This document shows positions 8,272 through 17,769 of a stretch of DNA of 52,638 nt, piece by piece. Source of the stretch: a virus (lineage: Duplodnaviria > Caudoviricetes). The notes under the pieces are model-generated. The model did not search any database, had not been told where the DNA came from, and worked only from the letters and a program-made list of their open reading frames with translations. The position numbers and the translations under genes are program-made. Where the stretch lies: IMG/VR virus record IMGVR_UViG_3300044846_006394, positions 1 to 52,638 of that record, one strand, 5' to 3'. The number at the start of each line of letters is the position of its first letter. Position 1 is the first letter of the stretch.

Positions 8272-8832
8272 ATGGCTCGTCACTACAAGCGCGGCCTCGC
8301 AGGACTGAAGGAAGACGCGATGGACGTCGGCGTCATCGGCGCCAGCGCCCTCGCGGGTCTCGCGGCGGCGAAGTTCGTCACGGACAAGACCGTCGAGATG
8401 GCCGGGGAAACCCTCGGCGCCTCGGCCAAGTGGGTCGCCCCGCTGATTCCCGTCGCCGTGGGCGTCGGCTTTCAGATGCTGGGCAACAAGCAGAGCGGTC
8501 GCGCTGCGGAGGCGCTGAAGGGCGCCGCTGCCGGTATGGTCGCCTACGGCATCGGCAAGCTCGTCGTCGCTGCTCTGCCGGAAGGCAACGCCGTCGCCGC
8601 TGCCCTGCCCCTCGCGGGCGTGGACGTCTACGACTCCGCGATGGCGGGTCTCGGGGCCTACGGCGCTGGGATGCGGTCGATGAACATCAACCGCTACATG
8701 AGGCTCGGCGGCGCTCCCGTGCAGGTGCAGCGCCTCGCCGGTGCGCCGGTGCAGGTCCAGCGTCTGAACGGTTCGCCCACGCAGGTGCAGATGCTCGCGG
8801 GCGCTCCGCTCGCGGCCACGCTGACCGCGTAA
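8272..8832 (+). CDS. Multi-TM virion membrane protein with C-terminal 10-aa repeats
   Basis: AAGGAG RBS; three hydrophobic segments; LxG(A/S)P(V/T)QVQ(R/M) repeats; directly upstream of the capsid candidate. Confidence 0.75.
   Translation: MARHYKRGLAGLKEDAMDVGVIGASALAGLAAAKFVTDKTVEMAGETLGASAKWVAPLIPVAVGVGFQMLGNKQSGRAAEALKGAAAGMVAYGIGKLVVAALPEGNAVAAALPLAGVDVYDSAMAGLGAYGAGMRSMNINRYMRLGGAPVQVQRLAGAPVQVQRLNGSPTQVQMLAGAPLAATLTA
8704..8811 (+). repeat. About 3.5 copies of a 30-nt coding tandem repeat
   Basis: LGGAPVQVQR LAGAPVQVQR LNGSPTQVQM LAGAP. Confidence 0.8.
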
Positions 8833-8901
8833 CAAGTCACGCAGTACGTCCGACAACCCCCTGTGGCCGCATAGATGCGGTCCAAGTAAGGAGAGAACCA
8901 A

Positions 8902-9594
8902 ATGGCAGTTCTTCGCGCTACCGATGAGACCGGCGTCTACGAGATCGAGGGCCTCGGCACCCGCATTCGTTTGCTCGAATGGAGGGCGGGAAGCTTTTAC
9001 GATACGATCCAGTTCGCCAGCAATGGTGTGACCGCGCAGCAGCAGGGTCAGCAGCTTCTGTTCCAGAACCTCCAGAACAAGGCTCGCCAGTTCACGAACC
9101 TGGACAACAATGCGGGTCGTATCCCGGCTCTGAACGAGCTGATCACGAACCGCGTCGGCGCCCACATCCTCCAGGCTTTCGGCGACACGGTCATCAGCGA
9201 CAGCGACATCATCAAGCTCGCGCACTCGGCGTACCTGCGGTTCGCCGTCAACCAGTCCAGGTTGGTCGCTGACGCCCCGCTCTACACCTTCCAAAGCGGC
9301 TTCGGCGTGACGGGTTCCACGACCCGCAACAACACCGGCATCGCGACGGTCGGCGTGGCCTCGGCGGCTGCGGCCCCGCAGTTGCTCGTCGCCCAGCCCA
9401 TCGGGCCGAACGACAGCATCTCGGGCAGCGATTCGTACATCGCGCTGTTCGCGAACAACTGGGCCTCGACGACCGTGCAGGGCGCCACGCCGTCCGCGAC
9501 CGTCCCGGCGGCGAACGTCCTCCCGACGTTCGACACCTCGATGTTCGTCACGATCTTCCTCGACGGTCTGATCAAGAAGCCCGCCACGGCGTAG
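8902..9594 (+). CDS. Putative major capsid protein (single jelly-roll candidate)
   Basis: TAAGGAG RBS, biased codons, beta-strand pattern, FYDT near N-terminus, ends VTIFLDGL, followed by a strong hairpin; fold is inferred. Confidence 0.55.
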   Translation: MAVLRATDETGVYEIEGLGTRIRLLEWRAGSFYDTIQFASNGVTAQQQGQQLLFQNLQNKARQFTNLDNNAGRIPALNELITNRVGAHILQAFGDTVISDSDIIKLAHSAYLRFAVNQSRLVADAPLYTFQSGFGVTGSTTRNNTGIATVGVASAAAAPQLLVAQPIGPNDSISGSDSYIALFANNWASTTVQGATPSATVPAANVLPTFDTSMFVTIFLDGLIKKPATA

Positions 9595-9625
9595 TTTTCA
9601 GCCGCTTCCTGCGGTTGGCAGAGTG

Positions 9626-9660
9626 GAGCGGCCCTCGCGTAGTATGCGGGGGCCGCTCTT
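9626..9660 (+). terminator. Hairpin (terminator or attenuator) after capsid candidate
   Basis: GAGCGGCCC/GGGCCGCTC stem followed by TT. Confidence 0.55.
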
Positions 9661-9678
9661 CTGCTTCACGGAGACCCC

Positions 9679-10260
9679 ATGCCGATGATCGCCCCGCCCG
9701 CGCCCGACTGCTACATCGAGACCTTGCGCTCACGCATCGTTGAAGGGCGCACGCTGTCGCCTGACCAGTACCGTCCCGTCGTGCTGCCGTTGCAGGTGAC
9801 GCTGGGCGCGAGCCGCCTCATCGGGTCGGCCTCGTTCACCATCCCGTCGAACCAGCGGTTCCTCGTCTTCCAGTTCATGCCGCACATCGTGCCGGTGAGC
9901 GTCAGCGCCGCTGCGGACGCGGTCAGCGGTGTCTTCAACGTCGGCGTCCCTGCTGCGGGCGACATCGTCGCGGGCGGCACCATCGAGGACCGGCTGCTGA
10001 CGAAGGCGATGAACTGCCGCATCAACATGGCGTTCGTCAGCTACACCTACCAACTGTTCCCGCAGTTGAACTTCTCGCTCTCGGACCTGTCGAGCGTTGC
10101 GGGTGAGTCGCCCTCGCTGATGGATATGCCCGCCATCCTGCCGCAGGGGACGAACATCGACCTCCAGGTCTCGTTGCAGGATTCGTCTGCCGCTGCTGTC
10201 GGTGCCGACACCGAGTACGGCATCCTGCTCGTCGGTGCCTACATCAACGTCGGGAACTAG
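9679..10260 (+). CDS. Capsid-like beta protein, paralog of 10270-10905
   Basis: Shared RS.I/L.EG, HI, RL.TKA.N, SL and TEYG..L.GA(Y/F) segments. Confidence 0.6.
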   Translation: MPMIAPPAPDCYIETLRSRIVEGRTLSPDQYRPVVLPLQVTLGASRLIGSASFTIPSNQRFLVFQFMPHIVPVSVSAAADAVSGVFNVGVPAAGDIVAGGTIEDRLLTKAMNCRINMAFVSYTYQLFPQLNFSLSDLSSVAGESPSLMDMPAILPQGTNIDLQVSLQDSSAAAVGADTEYGILLVGAYINVGN

Positions 10261-10269
10261 GAGAGAACC

Positions 10270-10905
10270 GTGGCGATTCTGACCCCTGCACCTCGCAACT
10301 TTCAGCAGCGCATCCGCTCGGAACTCACCGAGGGGCTGCAACTGTCCTACTACGACATCATCCCCGTCGTGCTGACGCTGCGGACGACGCTGACACCGAC
10401 CAGCGGCGCTCTGCCCGCCGTGCGCCCGAACTTTCAGTCGGTCACGGGGACCGATGTCTACCGAGTCCCCGGCGACTACGCGCTCCTCGTTGGCGAGATT
10501 CGCGCCCACATCGCGATGAACCAACTGGGCAGCGAAGACACGGTCGGCGCCACGGGCCTCAACGCGCTCGTCGGCACGCGCAACCGGCTCTACACGAAGG
10601 CGCTGAACACCAAGGTGACGCTGGTCAACGCTGACCGCAACGACCTCACCTTCGTCGAGACCGCCATTCAGAACTCGTCGGCGCAGGGTGGCATTTTCTC
10701 GCCGCTGTCGCTTGCGACTCTGCTTCCGGGCTGCGGCGGCTCGCCCATCAAGCTGATCAACAAGGGCTACATCATGCCCTTCATCGTTCCCGGCAATGAG
10801 CGCCTCAAGCTCGGTGTCACTTGCGCTGACGGCAACGCCGCTGTCGGGCAGACCGAGTACGGCCTCACGCTGCTCGGTGCGTTCGTTCGCTCGCGGGCCG
10901 GGTAG
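10270..10905 (+). CDS. Capsid-like beta protein, paralog of 9679-10260
   Basis: GGAGA RBS; ends AVGQTEYGLTLLGAFV versus AVGADTEYGILLVGAYI. Confidence 0.6.
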   Translation: MAILTPAPRNFQQRIRSELTEGLQLSYYDIIPVVLTLRTTLTPTSGALPAVRPNFQSVTGTDVYRVPGDYALLVGEIRAHIAMNQLGSEDTVGATGLNALVGTRNRLYTKALNTKVTLVNADRNDLTFVETAIQNSSAQGGIFSPLSLATLLPGCGGSPIKLINKGYIMPFIVPGNERLKLGVTCADGNAAVGQTEYGLTLLGAFVRSRAG

Positions 10906-10923
10906 CAGACAAGGGGAACTCGC

Positions 10924-11517
10924 ATGACCTTCGACACGCAGTCGAGCAACACGACCATCCTGCCTCCGCGCCGTCCGACGACGCTGCCCTCGGGGACTCC
11001 TTCCGAGGTGCATCGCGTGGCGAACAGGCAGGGCGGCACCGTCGAGGAGCAGGTGCAGTCGGCCATCGCTCAGAGCGGTGGCTCGGTGATCCCGCTGAAC
11101 AACTTCACGCAGGGCGTGATGCCCATCTCGCGGCTTGATACCGGCTCGCAGACCGGCACCATCGCGGTCGTGGACGACGCCGCCGGTGCCGAGGTGAACG
11201 CAGGTGGTCGAGTCATTCCGTTCAGCGACATGGCTCGACGCCGCCTCATGGGTGCGCCGGTCACGCCGATGAACGCGGCGCTCGCCGCCGGTCCCGAAGA
11301 CTCGATGCCCTTCGTCGATGACGGCTCGATGGGCGCTGCCGAGGCGCCGAAGTCGAACCCGTGGCCTTGGGTCATCGCAGGCGGCGCCATCCTGGCCGTG
11401 CTGTGGAAGTACTCGCAAGACAGCGCCCTCCAAGGCGCCCCGCTCGTTGCGGACCTCGATGACGAGGGCAGCGAGGGTGAATCCGATGCAGATGGGCCGG
11501 AAGGCTCCGAGGAGTAG
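10924..11517 (+). CDS. Single-TM virion protein with acidic tail
   Basis: RRRLMGAP; TM PWPWVIAGGAILAVLW. Confidence 0.7.
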   Translation: MTFDTQSSNTTILPPRRPTTLPSGTPSEVHRVANRQGGTVEEQVQSAIAQSGGSVIPLNNFTQGVMPISRLDTGSQTGTIAVVDDAAGAEVNAGGRVIPFSDMARRRLMGAPVTPMNAALAAGPEDSMPFVDDGSMGAAEAPKSNPWPWVIAGGAILAVLWKYSQDSALQGAPLVADLDDEGSEGESDADGPEGSEE

Positions 11518-11520
11518 GCA

Positions 11521-12669
11521 ATGGCTCGCTACATGAACGGCTCGATTCGCCCCTCGCAGTCCGAGAGCGTGTCCGACAGGCTGCGCGGTGTCCGCAGCGG
11601 CTACCTGCTCGACGGCGGCACGCCGGTGACCGGGAACTACGTTGACGCCGTCAGCGACCAGCTTCGCGCTGGATTCGGCCCGCCGCCCACGCCGAGCGTC
11701 GGCTACGCGGCGACCGCCGAGTACGTCTACCCGTCGCAGAAGATGGTGACCGGCGCGGCGCTGGCCGGTGCGATGCTTCGCGGGGCGCTCGCGGGTCCGT
11801 CCTACTCGTCACCGGCGAACGCCTATCACGCAGGGCTGCGTGGCCTGCGGGGCCTCCACGGCGTCGGCGACAAGTTCACCATCACGGCGGGCATGAACGC
11901 CACGCAGGCCATCGCTGCGGCGAAGACGGCGTGCGGCACCGAGGTGTCTCTCGCGGACCTTCTCCGCATGACCGGCGCCTCCAGCGACCGCAACATCAAG
12001 GCAGGAACCTACACCTGCGATATCGGCGGCGCGGGCGCCGGTGCCGCCGGTGACACCGGCTCGCTGCCTGACGACATCGCTCAGGTGCTGCTCTCGCTCC
12101 AGCGCGAAGGCAAGATTGACGGCGACGATGTGACCGACTACGCCGACCGCATCATTCGCGGTGAGGCGGCGGCGCTCACGGCCTACGACAAGGCCACGAC
12201 GCAGCAGAAGAACGCCTACAAGTCCTGCGTCCGCGAGGAAGCCTCGAAGGCTGCATTCCTGCCGACCAACTTCGCGAACTGCCGTGACCTTGTCGGCCTC
12301 GCCGCCGAGCCGGGTATTCTTGATTGGCTCGCGGAAGCCGCTGCTGCTGCGGGCGCGGTGACCGCCGAGGGCGCGAAGCTTGCCATCGACGCGGGCATTC
12401 AGAAGCTGCAATCGGCAGGCAAGCCGGTGCCGACCGCCTGCTCTCCGAGCAAGTACAACGCCGGATGTGCCGGTGCCGTCCTCGCCGCTGTGAGCGCACT
12501 CGACAGGGAGACCGGCGGGAACAGCAATGACCGGCTTCCCGGCTACACGCCGCCGGGGAGCGAGTCGGACAACACCGGCCTGTTCATCGGTCTCGGCGTT
12601 GCGGCCATCGCGGTCATCGGCATTCTCGCGGTCGTCATGTCGAAGAAGCAGTCCGCGTCGGCGGCGTAG
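11521..12669 (+). CDS. C-terminally anchored virion protein, possible degenerate LysM-like segment
   Basis: LRGLRGLHGVG then FTITAG...SLADLL...NIKAG; C-terminal TM followed by KK. Confidence 0.7.
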   Translation: MARYMNGSIRPSQSESVSDRLRGVRSGYLLDGGTPVTGNYVDAVSDQLRAGFGPPPTPSVGYAATAEYVYPSQKMVTGAALAGAMLRGALAGPSYSSPANAYHAGLRGLRGLHGVGDKFTITAGMNATQAIAAAKTACGTEVSLADLLRMTGASSDRNIKAGTYTCDIGGAGAGAAGDTGSLPDDIAQVLLSLQREGKIDGDDVTDYADRIIRGEAAALTAYDKATTQQKNAYKSCVREEASKAAFLPTNFANCRDLVGLAAEPGILDWLAEAAAAAGAVTAEGAKLAIDAGIQKLQSAGKPVPTACSPSKYNAGCAGAVLAAVSALDRETGGNSNDRLPGYTPPGSESDNTGLFIGLGVAAIAVIGILAVVMSKKQSASAA

Positions 12670-12684
12670 TCCTCGGAGTCACCC

Positions 12685-13740
12685 GTGCAGATTCTCCCGC
12701 CTCGTCGCAGCGTCTACGGCCTCCACGCCCCCCGCGTTGCGACGGTGGGCCGTCTCGGGGCGCTGGGGGCGGTGGGCGACATTTCTTGGACGCAGGATCC
12801 ATCGACCGGCGTCTACACGGTGACCGATCCGGCGACGAGCTACTCGGTGACGGTGACCGCTGGCGCAATGGATGCGGGCCTCGCGACGGGCGACACACCG
12901 AGTGCCATCACCTCGGACGGCGGACTCCTGTGGTCGGACCCCTCGGCGTTCGCTGCGTACTACGGCGCCGCAACGGGTCTCGACATCACGAATCCATACT
13001 CCATCCCCGGCTACATTCCGGGGTGGGCGACCGGCGCTCCTGGCGCGGGCGGCACGCAAATGCTGCCTCCCGGTGTTACGCCCGCCGATGACATCGCGTT
13101 CGATGCGGGCAGCGGCGGCGATGTCGGTGACGCTGGCTCGACCGAGGCGCGAGTGGCGCAGGTCATCGCAAACCTCGAAAAGCGCGTCAGCGAGGCCGAA
13201 AAGGCGCGGATTCGCGCCGAGGCCGACAAGGCGAAAGCGGACGAGTCCTTCGGGAAGACGCTGCTGAAGTATCTCGCGGGCGCCCTCACCGGCGGCGGTC
13301 TCCTGTGGGGTGCGAAGCTGCTGCTCGCGTACATACTCGCTGACAAGATCAAGTCGGGCGAGGCGCTCCCGCAGCAATGCGCGAACTTCATCGACTCGAT
13401 GTCCACTGATGCCGCGTTATCCTGCGCGACTTGTCTGCTGACGCGGCTATGCCCTCCGCAGGGCAGCGCCGGTAGCGTTTCGTCTGACTCCTGCTCGACG
13501 GCGGGTGTCGCGAAGGCGACGGCAGACATCAACGCGGCGAAGACGGCGGCGCAGGTCAACACGGTTGTCGCAGCGGTGGAGGCGAGTTGCGGTAAGGACA
13601 GCGCCGCCGCAGACCTCATTCGCAAGACCGGCGCCGCGAAGCGGACAAAACTCACGGTCGGCACCGTCGCGCTGTGGGGTGGTCTCGGTCTCGGAGTCGC
13701 GCTCATTTTCTTCGCGGTGGCCCGCAACCGCCGTCAGTAG
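12685..13740 (+). CDS. Membrane-anchored Cys-rich virion protein
   Basis: MQIL...RLGALGAVG leader, internal and C-terminal TM. Confidence 0.7.
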   Translation: MQILPPRRSVYGLHAPRVATVGRLGALGAVGDISWTQDPSTGVYTVTDPATSYSVTVTAGAMDAGLATGDTPSAITSDGGLLWSDPSAFAAYYGAATGLDITNPYSIPGYIPGWATGAPGAGGTQMLPPGVTPADDIAFDAGSGGDVGDAGSTEARVAQVIANLEKRVSEAEKARIRAEADKAKADESFGKTLLKYLAGALTGGGLLWGAKLLLAYILADKIKSGEALPQQCANFIDSMSTDAALSCATCLLTRLCPPQGSAGSVSSDSCSTAGVAKATADINAAKTAAQVNTVVAAVEASCGKDSAAADLIRKTGAAKRTKLTVGTVALWGGLGLGVALIFFAVARNRRQ

Positions 13741-13746
13741 GTCGCC

Positions 13747-15474
13747 ATGCAGATCATCCCGTATCACGCCCGACTGCGTCAGCGGCTCGGCGGTCTTCCC
13801 GGCTTGTCTGCCGACCCCATCGAGTACCGCAAGCAGTACATCGAGGCGTACTCGACGAGGGTGCTGCCGTTCATCGGCGGAACGCGCCCGCCGCAGGGGC
13901 TGAATGACGCTGACCTGCCACGGGGCATCAAGTATCTCGACCCGTGGGCCATCGCGGAGTTCGCGCAGATGGGCCGCTACCGCACGCCGGTCGAGTTGGC
14001 TGCGTTGCTGGTCGAGCAGTCGGGCGACGACGAGAACAGGACGCGAAGCGACTCGCGCAAGTTCGCCGCTTGGGCGCTGATGCGCCTCGGAGCGTTTTAT
14101 CCGTTGTTGACGACGCGCCCCTACGTTCCGCCTGAGACTGCGGACGTTGGACGCGGGAGCGGCGGCAATCAACTTCGTCCCGCGCAGGAGCGCGAGGACA
14201 CGGGTCCGAAAGTGACCCCGCTGTACGATGCCAACGCGCCCATCCTCTACGGCGACGACATCTACGCACTCTACAAACAGTTCGTGTCGCTTCAGAAACA
14301 AACCCTGGCTGAGTGGGTGGACAACGTCCCGAACTGGGCGCCGTGGAACGAGTGGCCGAACAGGCCGGAAGCGCCTCTCGCGCTGGCGCTGTTGTGGGCA
14401 ACCCGCGTCATCGGAGAGCGGTACGGCATCGACGGTTCGCGCTTCCTCTTCGATGCGCGGACAGCGCAGGCAGACGGTGAGAAATATGCAGCGGCACTGA
14501 ATGCGGCGTTTGACGCCGAGCTACGCAAAGGGTGCGCTCAAGCGTCGAAATATGGGGGCTGGGGATTCGGTCTCGTCCTCGGGGCACTCGTCGGCGCCGC
14601 TGTGTTCATCGCTACAGGCGGCACTGCCGCTCCTGCGGTCATCGTCGGTCTAACGGCATTCGCGGCGAAGAGTGGGGCGGGCGCTATCGGCACCGGCGGC
14701 GGATTGTTCGCGGCTGACGCCATCGCAGACCTCTGCGGGAAAGACGCGAACGAGTACCGGCGGCGGTTCATTCAAACTGTGTGGGAGCGCCTGACGCCGG
14801 AAGGGCAGTTCGACTTCGTCAAGGTGGTCTATGCGGCCCGATTCAGCGTGGTGCTTCAGTCCGAAGACAAGAACTTCGACAAGATTGTCGGTGACTTGGT
14901 CGCGCAGATCAACGAGCGCAAGCTGAAGTCGGCGGGCGACGTTTTCGCGTTCGTCGTGCGGCCCGAGAACGACCCGAACCTGCAACGTGCGCTGGCGGCG
15001 GCTCGCGGCGCTGTCGTCGAGCAGACCCGCAAGACATTCGTGGACACGGTCGGATGCCCCGGCAATCCCGGCCTGCTTGAGTTGCTCGCGACCCGCTACT
15101 TCGACAACGGGTGGACCTCGCAGGCGCCGGTCAAGGCGCTTCTGACGGCCGTTTCACCACTGACAAAAAAGGTCGCGGCGGGCGACTACTGCGAGCCGCT
15201 CCGTAGCCAGGATCCGCAGATTGCGCCGCGTAAGACCGCGCCGTTCCCGAGCTACATCGAGTCTATCCTCGGGAAGCACGCACCGGCTTCCGCGCCTCCG
15301 GCTTCCGACGCGCCTCCGCAGTTACCACCGGCGCCGCCCGTTCCCGAACCCACGGCTGGCTCGACACTCCCACTCGCGCTCCTCGGCGCTGCCGGTGGAG
15401 CTGTCGTCGGCGGGCCTGCCGGTGCGGGCGTGGGTCTCATCCTCGGCCTCATCCTCGGCAGCAGGAAGGCGTGA
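13747..15474 (+). CDS. Large membrane virion protein (entry or ejection candidate)
   Basis: MQII...RLGGLPGL leader, central Gly-rich hydrophobic hairpin, Pro linker, C-terminal glycine-zipper TM. Confidence 0.7.
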   Translation: MQIIPYHARLRQRLGGLPGLSADPIEYRKQYIEAYSTRVLPFIGGTRPPQGLNDADLPRGIKYLDPWAIAEFAQMGRYRTPVELAALLVEQSGDDENRTRSDSRKFAAWALMRLGAFYPLLTTRPYVPPETADVGRGSGGNQLRPAQEREDTGPKVTPLYDANAPILYGDDIYALYKQFVSLQKQTLAEWVDNVPNWAPWNEWPNRPEAPLALALLWATRVIGERYGIDGSRFLFDARTAQADGEKYAAALNAAFDAELRKGCAQASKYGGWGFGLVLGALVGAAVFIATGGTAAPAVIVGLTAFAAKSGAGAIGTGGGLFAADAIADLCGKDANEYRRRFIQTVWERLTPEGQFDFVKVVYAARFSVVLQSEDKNFDKIVGDLVAQINERKLKSAGDVFAFVVRPENDPNLQRALAAARGAVVEQTRKTFVDTVGCPGNPGLLELLATRYFDNGWTSQAPVKALLTAVSPLTKKVAAGDYCEPLRSQDPQIAPRKTAPFPSYIESILGKHAPASAPPASDAPPQLPPAPPVPEPTAGSTLPLALLGAAGGAVVGGPAGAGVGLILGLILGSRKA

Positions 15475-15477
15475 CGC

Positions 15478-16263
15478 ATGACTTTCGACCTTCGGAACAA
15501 GCGTGACCTCGCGGCCCTCATCGGAGGTGTCGCCGCCGCGTGGGTCGTCTACCGGCTCGTCGTCGGACGCAAGCGCACCGTGGACGATGTCATCGCGCTG
15601 CCCGAGGGGCAGTCGCTCGACCTCACCACCGCAGACTTCTCGACGCTGGAGGCGCAGGCGTTCGCGGAGGCCCTGCCTCCCGCCGGTCAGCAATACGCGA
15701 GGCTCATCGTCGAGAACGGGCGCCGCGTCGGCATCTCGCCGTTCGTCCTCGCGGGCGTCATGGAGCGCGAAACCGGCTACGGGTCGGCGGGCGTCTGCCG
15801 CACGCAGGGCGCGGCGTGCATCGGCTCCCCGAACGTCAAGAACCCTGACTACGGGCTGATGCAGATCAACGCCATCAATCTCAAGTCGCAGGGCATCACG
15901 ACCTCATGGGCGGACCCTGCGGCGAACATCCGCGCAGGTGCGAACATCCTGCGGACCAGCATCGACTATTTCGGGCAGAAGGGCGGCGCCACCGTCGAGG
16001 TTCCTGCGTGGCTCGCGGCGCGGCTCATCGTCACACCGGGAAACAAGCCCGACCCGAGGCCCGTGGCCGACGCTCGCGAGCGCCTGTGGTACGGCCTCGC
16101 GGCCTACAACGCAGGGCCGACCCGCGTGCTACAAGCCATCGGTGCGGGCCGTTCCCCTGACGCGGTCACGACCGGCAACGACTACGGGCGCGGCGTCCTC
16201 GAGAAGGCCGAACGCATCGCCCAGCGGACTGCCGCCATCCTGTCGGGGCAGGGGAACGTCTGA
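15478..16263 (+). CDS. Membrane-anchored lytic transglycosylase (virion-associated candidate)
   Basis: N-terminal TM; RET, YGLMQIN, NI.AGA.IL and LAAYNAGP motifs. Confidence 0.85.
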   Translation: MTFDLRNKRDLAALIGGVAAAWVVYRLVVGRKRTVDDVIALPEGQSLDLTTADFSTLEAQAFAEALPPAGQQYARLIVENGRRVGISPFVLAGVMERETGYGSAGVCRTQGAACIGSPNVKNPDYGLMQINAINLKSQGITTSWADPAANIRAGANILRTSIDYFGQKGGATVEVPAWLAARLIVTPGNKPDPRPVADARERLWYGLAAYNAGPTRVLQAIGAGRSPDAVTTGNDYGRGVLEKAERIAQRTAAILSGQGNV

Positions 16264-16472
16264 TGGCAATCGATATGACGAACGCGAAGCTGGTGCAGAC
16301 CCTCAACCTCGGGTCGCCCGCCGCCGTTCAACAGAAGCTCGCGCAGCTTGGCGCTCGGTATCGGGGCGTGGACCCGACGACCGGCGCGGGCCTCTACAAG
16401 ACCGCTGCGGGAGTAGTGCTGCGGTTGGCAGGGTCCACCTCGGTCGATGTACTCTCCAACTGCGCGTGCTGA
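16263..16472 (+). CDS. Small hypothetical protein ending CAC
   Basis: TGATG coupling. Confidence 0.6.
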   Translation: MAIDMTNAKLVQTLNLGSPAAVQQKLAQLGARYRGVDPTTGAGLYKTAAGVVLRLAGSTSVDVLSNCAC

Positions 16473-16503
16473 TGCGCCCATGAGGGGCGCGAAGGAACCT
16501 CTC

Positions 16504-16899
16504 ATGGAGATGATAGCCATGCTCAACGGACTCCCCCCGCAGACGATGCGCGACTACCTCGACCGAGGTCTGTCCCGCACCATTTCTTCCAATGTGTACG
16601 CCGGTCTCGGGCGCGTCCCGATGACGCCTGAGCAGGAGATGCTGGCCGCTCGCTCGGGGACCATTGCCTCGCGACAGTTCAGCGTGAACCAGCTTGGCGC
16701 TCTGCCGATGTCGGCTCGCGAGTACGCCATCTCCAGCGGCGTGAACCAGGTGACGAGCGGCGCGGCGTACAAGAACTACGGGCTTGCGGGTCTCGGTGCG
16801 ATGGGTTCGACCTCTCCGTGGCTCCTCGCCGGTGGCCTGCTCCTCGGCCTCGCCGCCGTGGGCTACTTGTTCGCGGGCGAGAAGAGCTTCGGGAAGTAG
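16504..16899 (+). CDS. Small C-terminal TM virion protein
   Basis: MLNGL, YAGLG and GLAGLGAMG motifs; TM PWLLAGGLLLGLAAVGYLF; start uncertain (16480 possible). Confidence 0.65.
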   Translation: MEMIAMLNGLPPQTMRDYLDRGLSRTISSNVYAGLGRVPMTPEQEMLAARSGTIASRQFSVNQLGALPMSAREYAISSGVNQVTSGAAYKNYGLAGLGAMGSTSPWLLAGGLLLGLAAVGYLFAGEKSFGK

Positions 16900-16906
16900 G
16901 CGCACC

Positions 16907-17173
16907 GTGACCGCCGCCCGCATTCTCGAGTTCCTCGCACACCCTGTCGCGCTCGACGCGATGGATTCGTTGTCCAAGGGCGCAAGCCCGAAGGGCGTCC
17001 TCGCGGGCATCGCCGGTGACCTCGTCGCGAAGCAGATAGCTGCCGCCCTCGGGGTCGATGCGCCGGTGCGCCCCGAGCGTTCGCCCTCAAAGGCCCAGCG
17101 CGTCGAGGACGACATCATCGACGCCGAGTTCAAAGTCATCAACGTGACGCCGAAGGCGTCGAAGGCGAAGTGA
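16907..17173 (+). CDS. Hypothetical protein
   Basis: Fills the gap; DIIDAEF acidic motif. Confidence 0.55.
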   Translation: MTAARILEFLAHPVALDAMDSLSKGASPKGVLAGIAGDLVAKQIAAALGVDAPVRPERSPSKAQRVEDDIIDAEFKVINVTPKASKAK

Positions 17174-17174
17174 C

Positions 17175-17462
17175 ATGACTCCGAAGGAACTGGAGAAAAT
17201 CGGCGTCTATCGGCGCTTCCATTTCTCCGAGCATGACATCGACAAGGACATCCTCGGGAAGCTCATGGTGGACAAGGACGGCATGGTCCCGACCCGCTGG
17301 GAAGACGTAGAGGTTTTGAACTGGCCGCAGGGCTATATGCACAAGTACGAAGGCACGGCCCTCGCAGAACACAATCGGATGCTCATGCTGGAGCATTACC
17401 GGCGCCGTCAAGCCGCCAAGCGCGAGGCGCAGAAGGCTGCTCGCGAGGCCAAGAAGAAGTAG
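17175..17462 (+). CDS. Hypothetical protein
   Basis: Packed ORF, coding-like composition. Confidence 0.6.
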   Translation: MTPKELEKIGVYRRFHFSEHDIDKDILGKLMVDKDGMVPTRWEDVEVLNWPQGYMHKYEGTALAEHNRMLMLEHYRRRQAAKREAQKAAREAKKK

Positions 17463-17477
17463 CGAGAGGGGACCGCG

Positions 17478-17750
17478 ATGCGCCTGTACTTCATCTACAT
17501 GGAAGGGTGCGGCGCCTGCGAGATGGCGAAGCCCGACCTCGCGAAGTTCGCGAAGGCGCACCCGGACATCGACATTCAGCGCATCGACCTGCTGAACTCC
17601 AAGTGGGTCCACCCGTGGCAACCTGATGCCACGCCGACCTACGTCGCTGAAGTTCCGGGCCACGCCCGTGTGCAGTACCAGGGCGCTCTCACGGCCCCGC
17701 AGGTCGAGCAGTTCATCGAACGTGCCGAAGAGATGATGGGCCTGCGGTAG
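17478..17750 (+). CDS. Thioredoxin/glutaredoxin-like protein
   Basis: CGAC active site, ATPT cis-Pro loop, GA.T....QF ending. Confidence 0.85.
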   Translation: MRLYFIYMEGCGACEMAKPDLAKFAKAHPDIDIQRIDLLNSKWVHPWQPDATPTYVAEVPGHARVQYQGALTAPQVEQFIERAEEMMGLR

Positions 17751-17769
17751 CAGCGCCGAGGAGAGACCG

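Noticed and set aside
13747-15474. Tail tape-measure protein
   Set aside because: Short, no long helical repeats, no tail-tube or chaperone frameshift context
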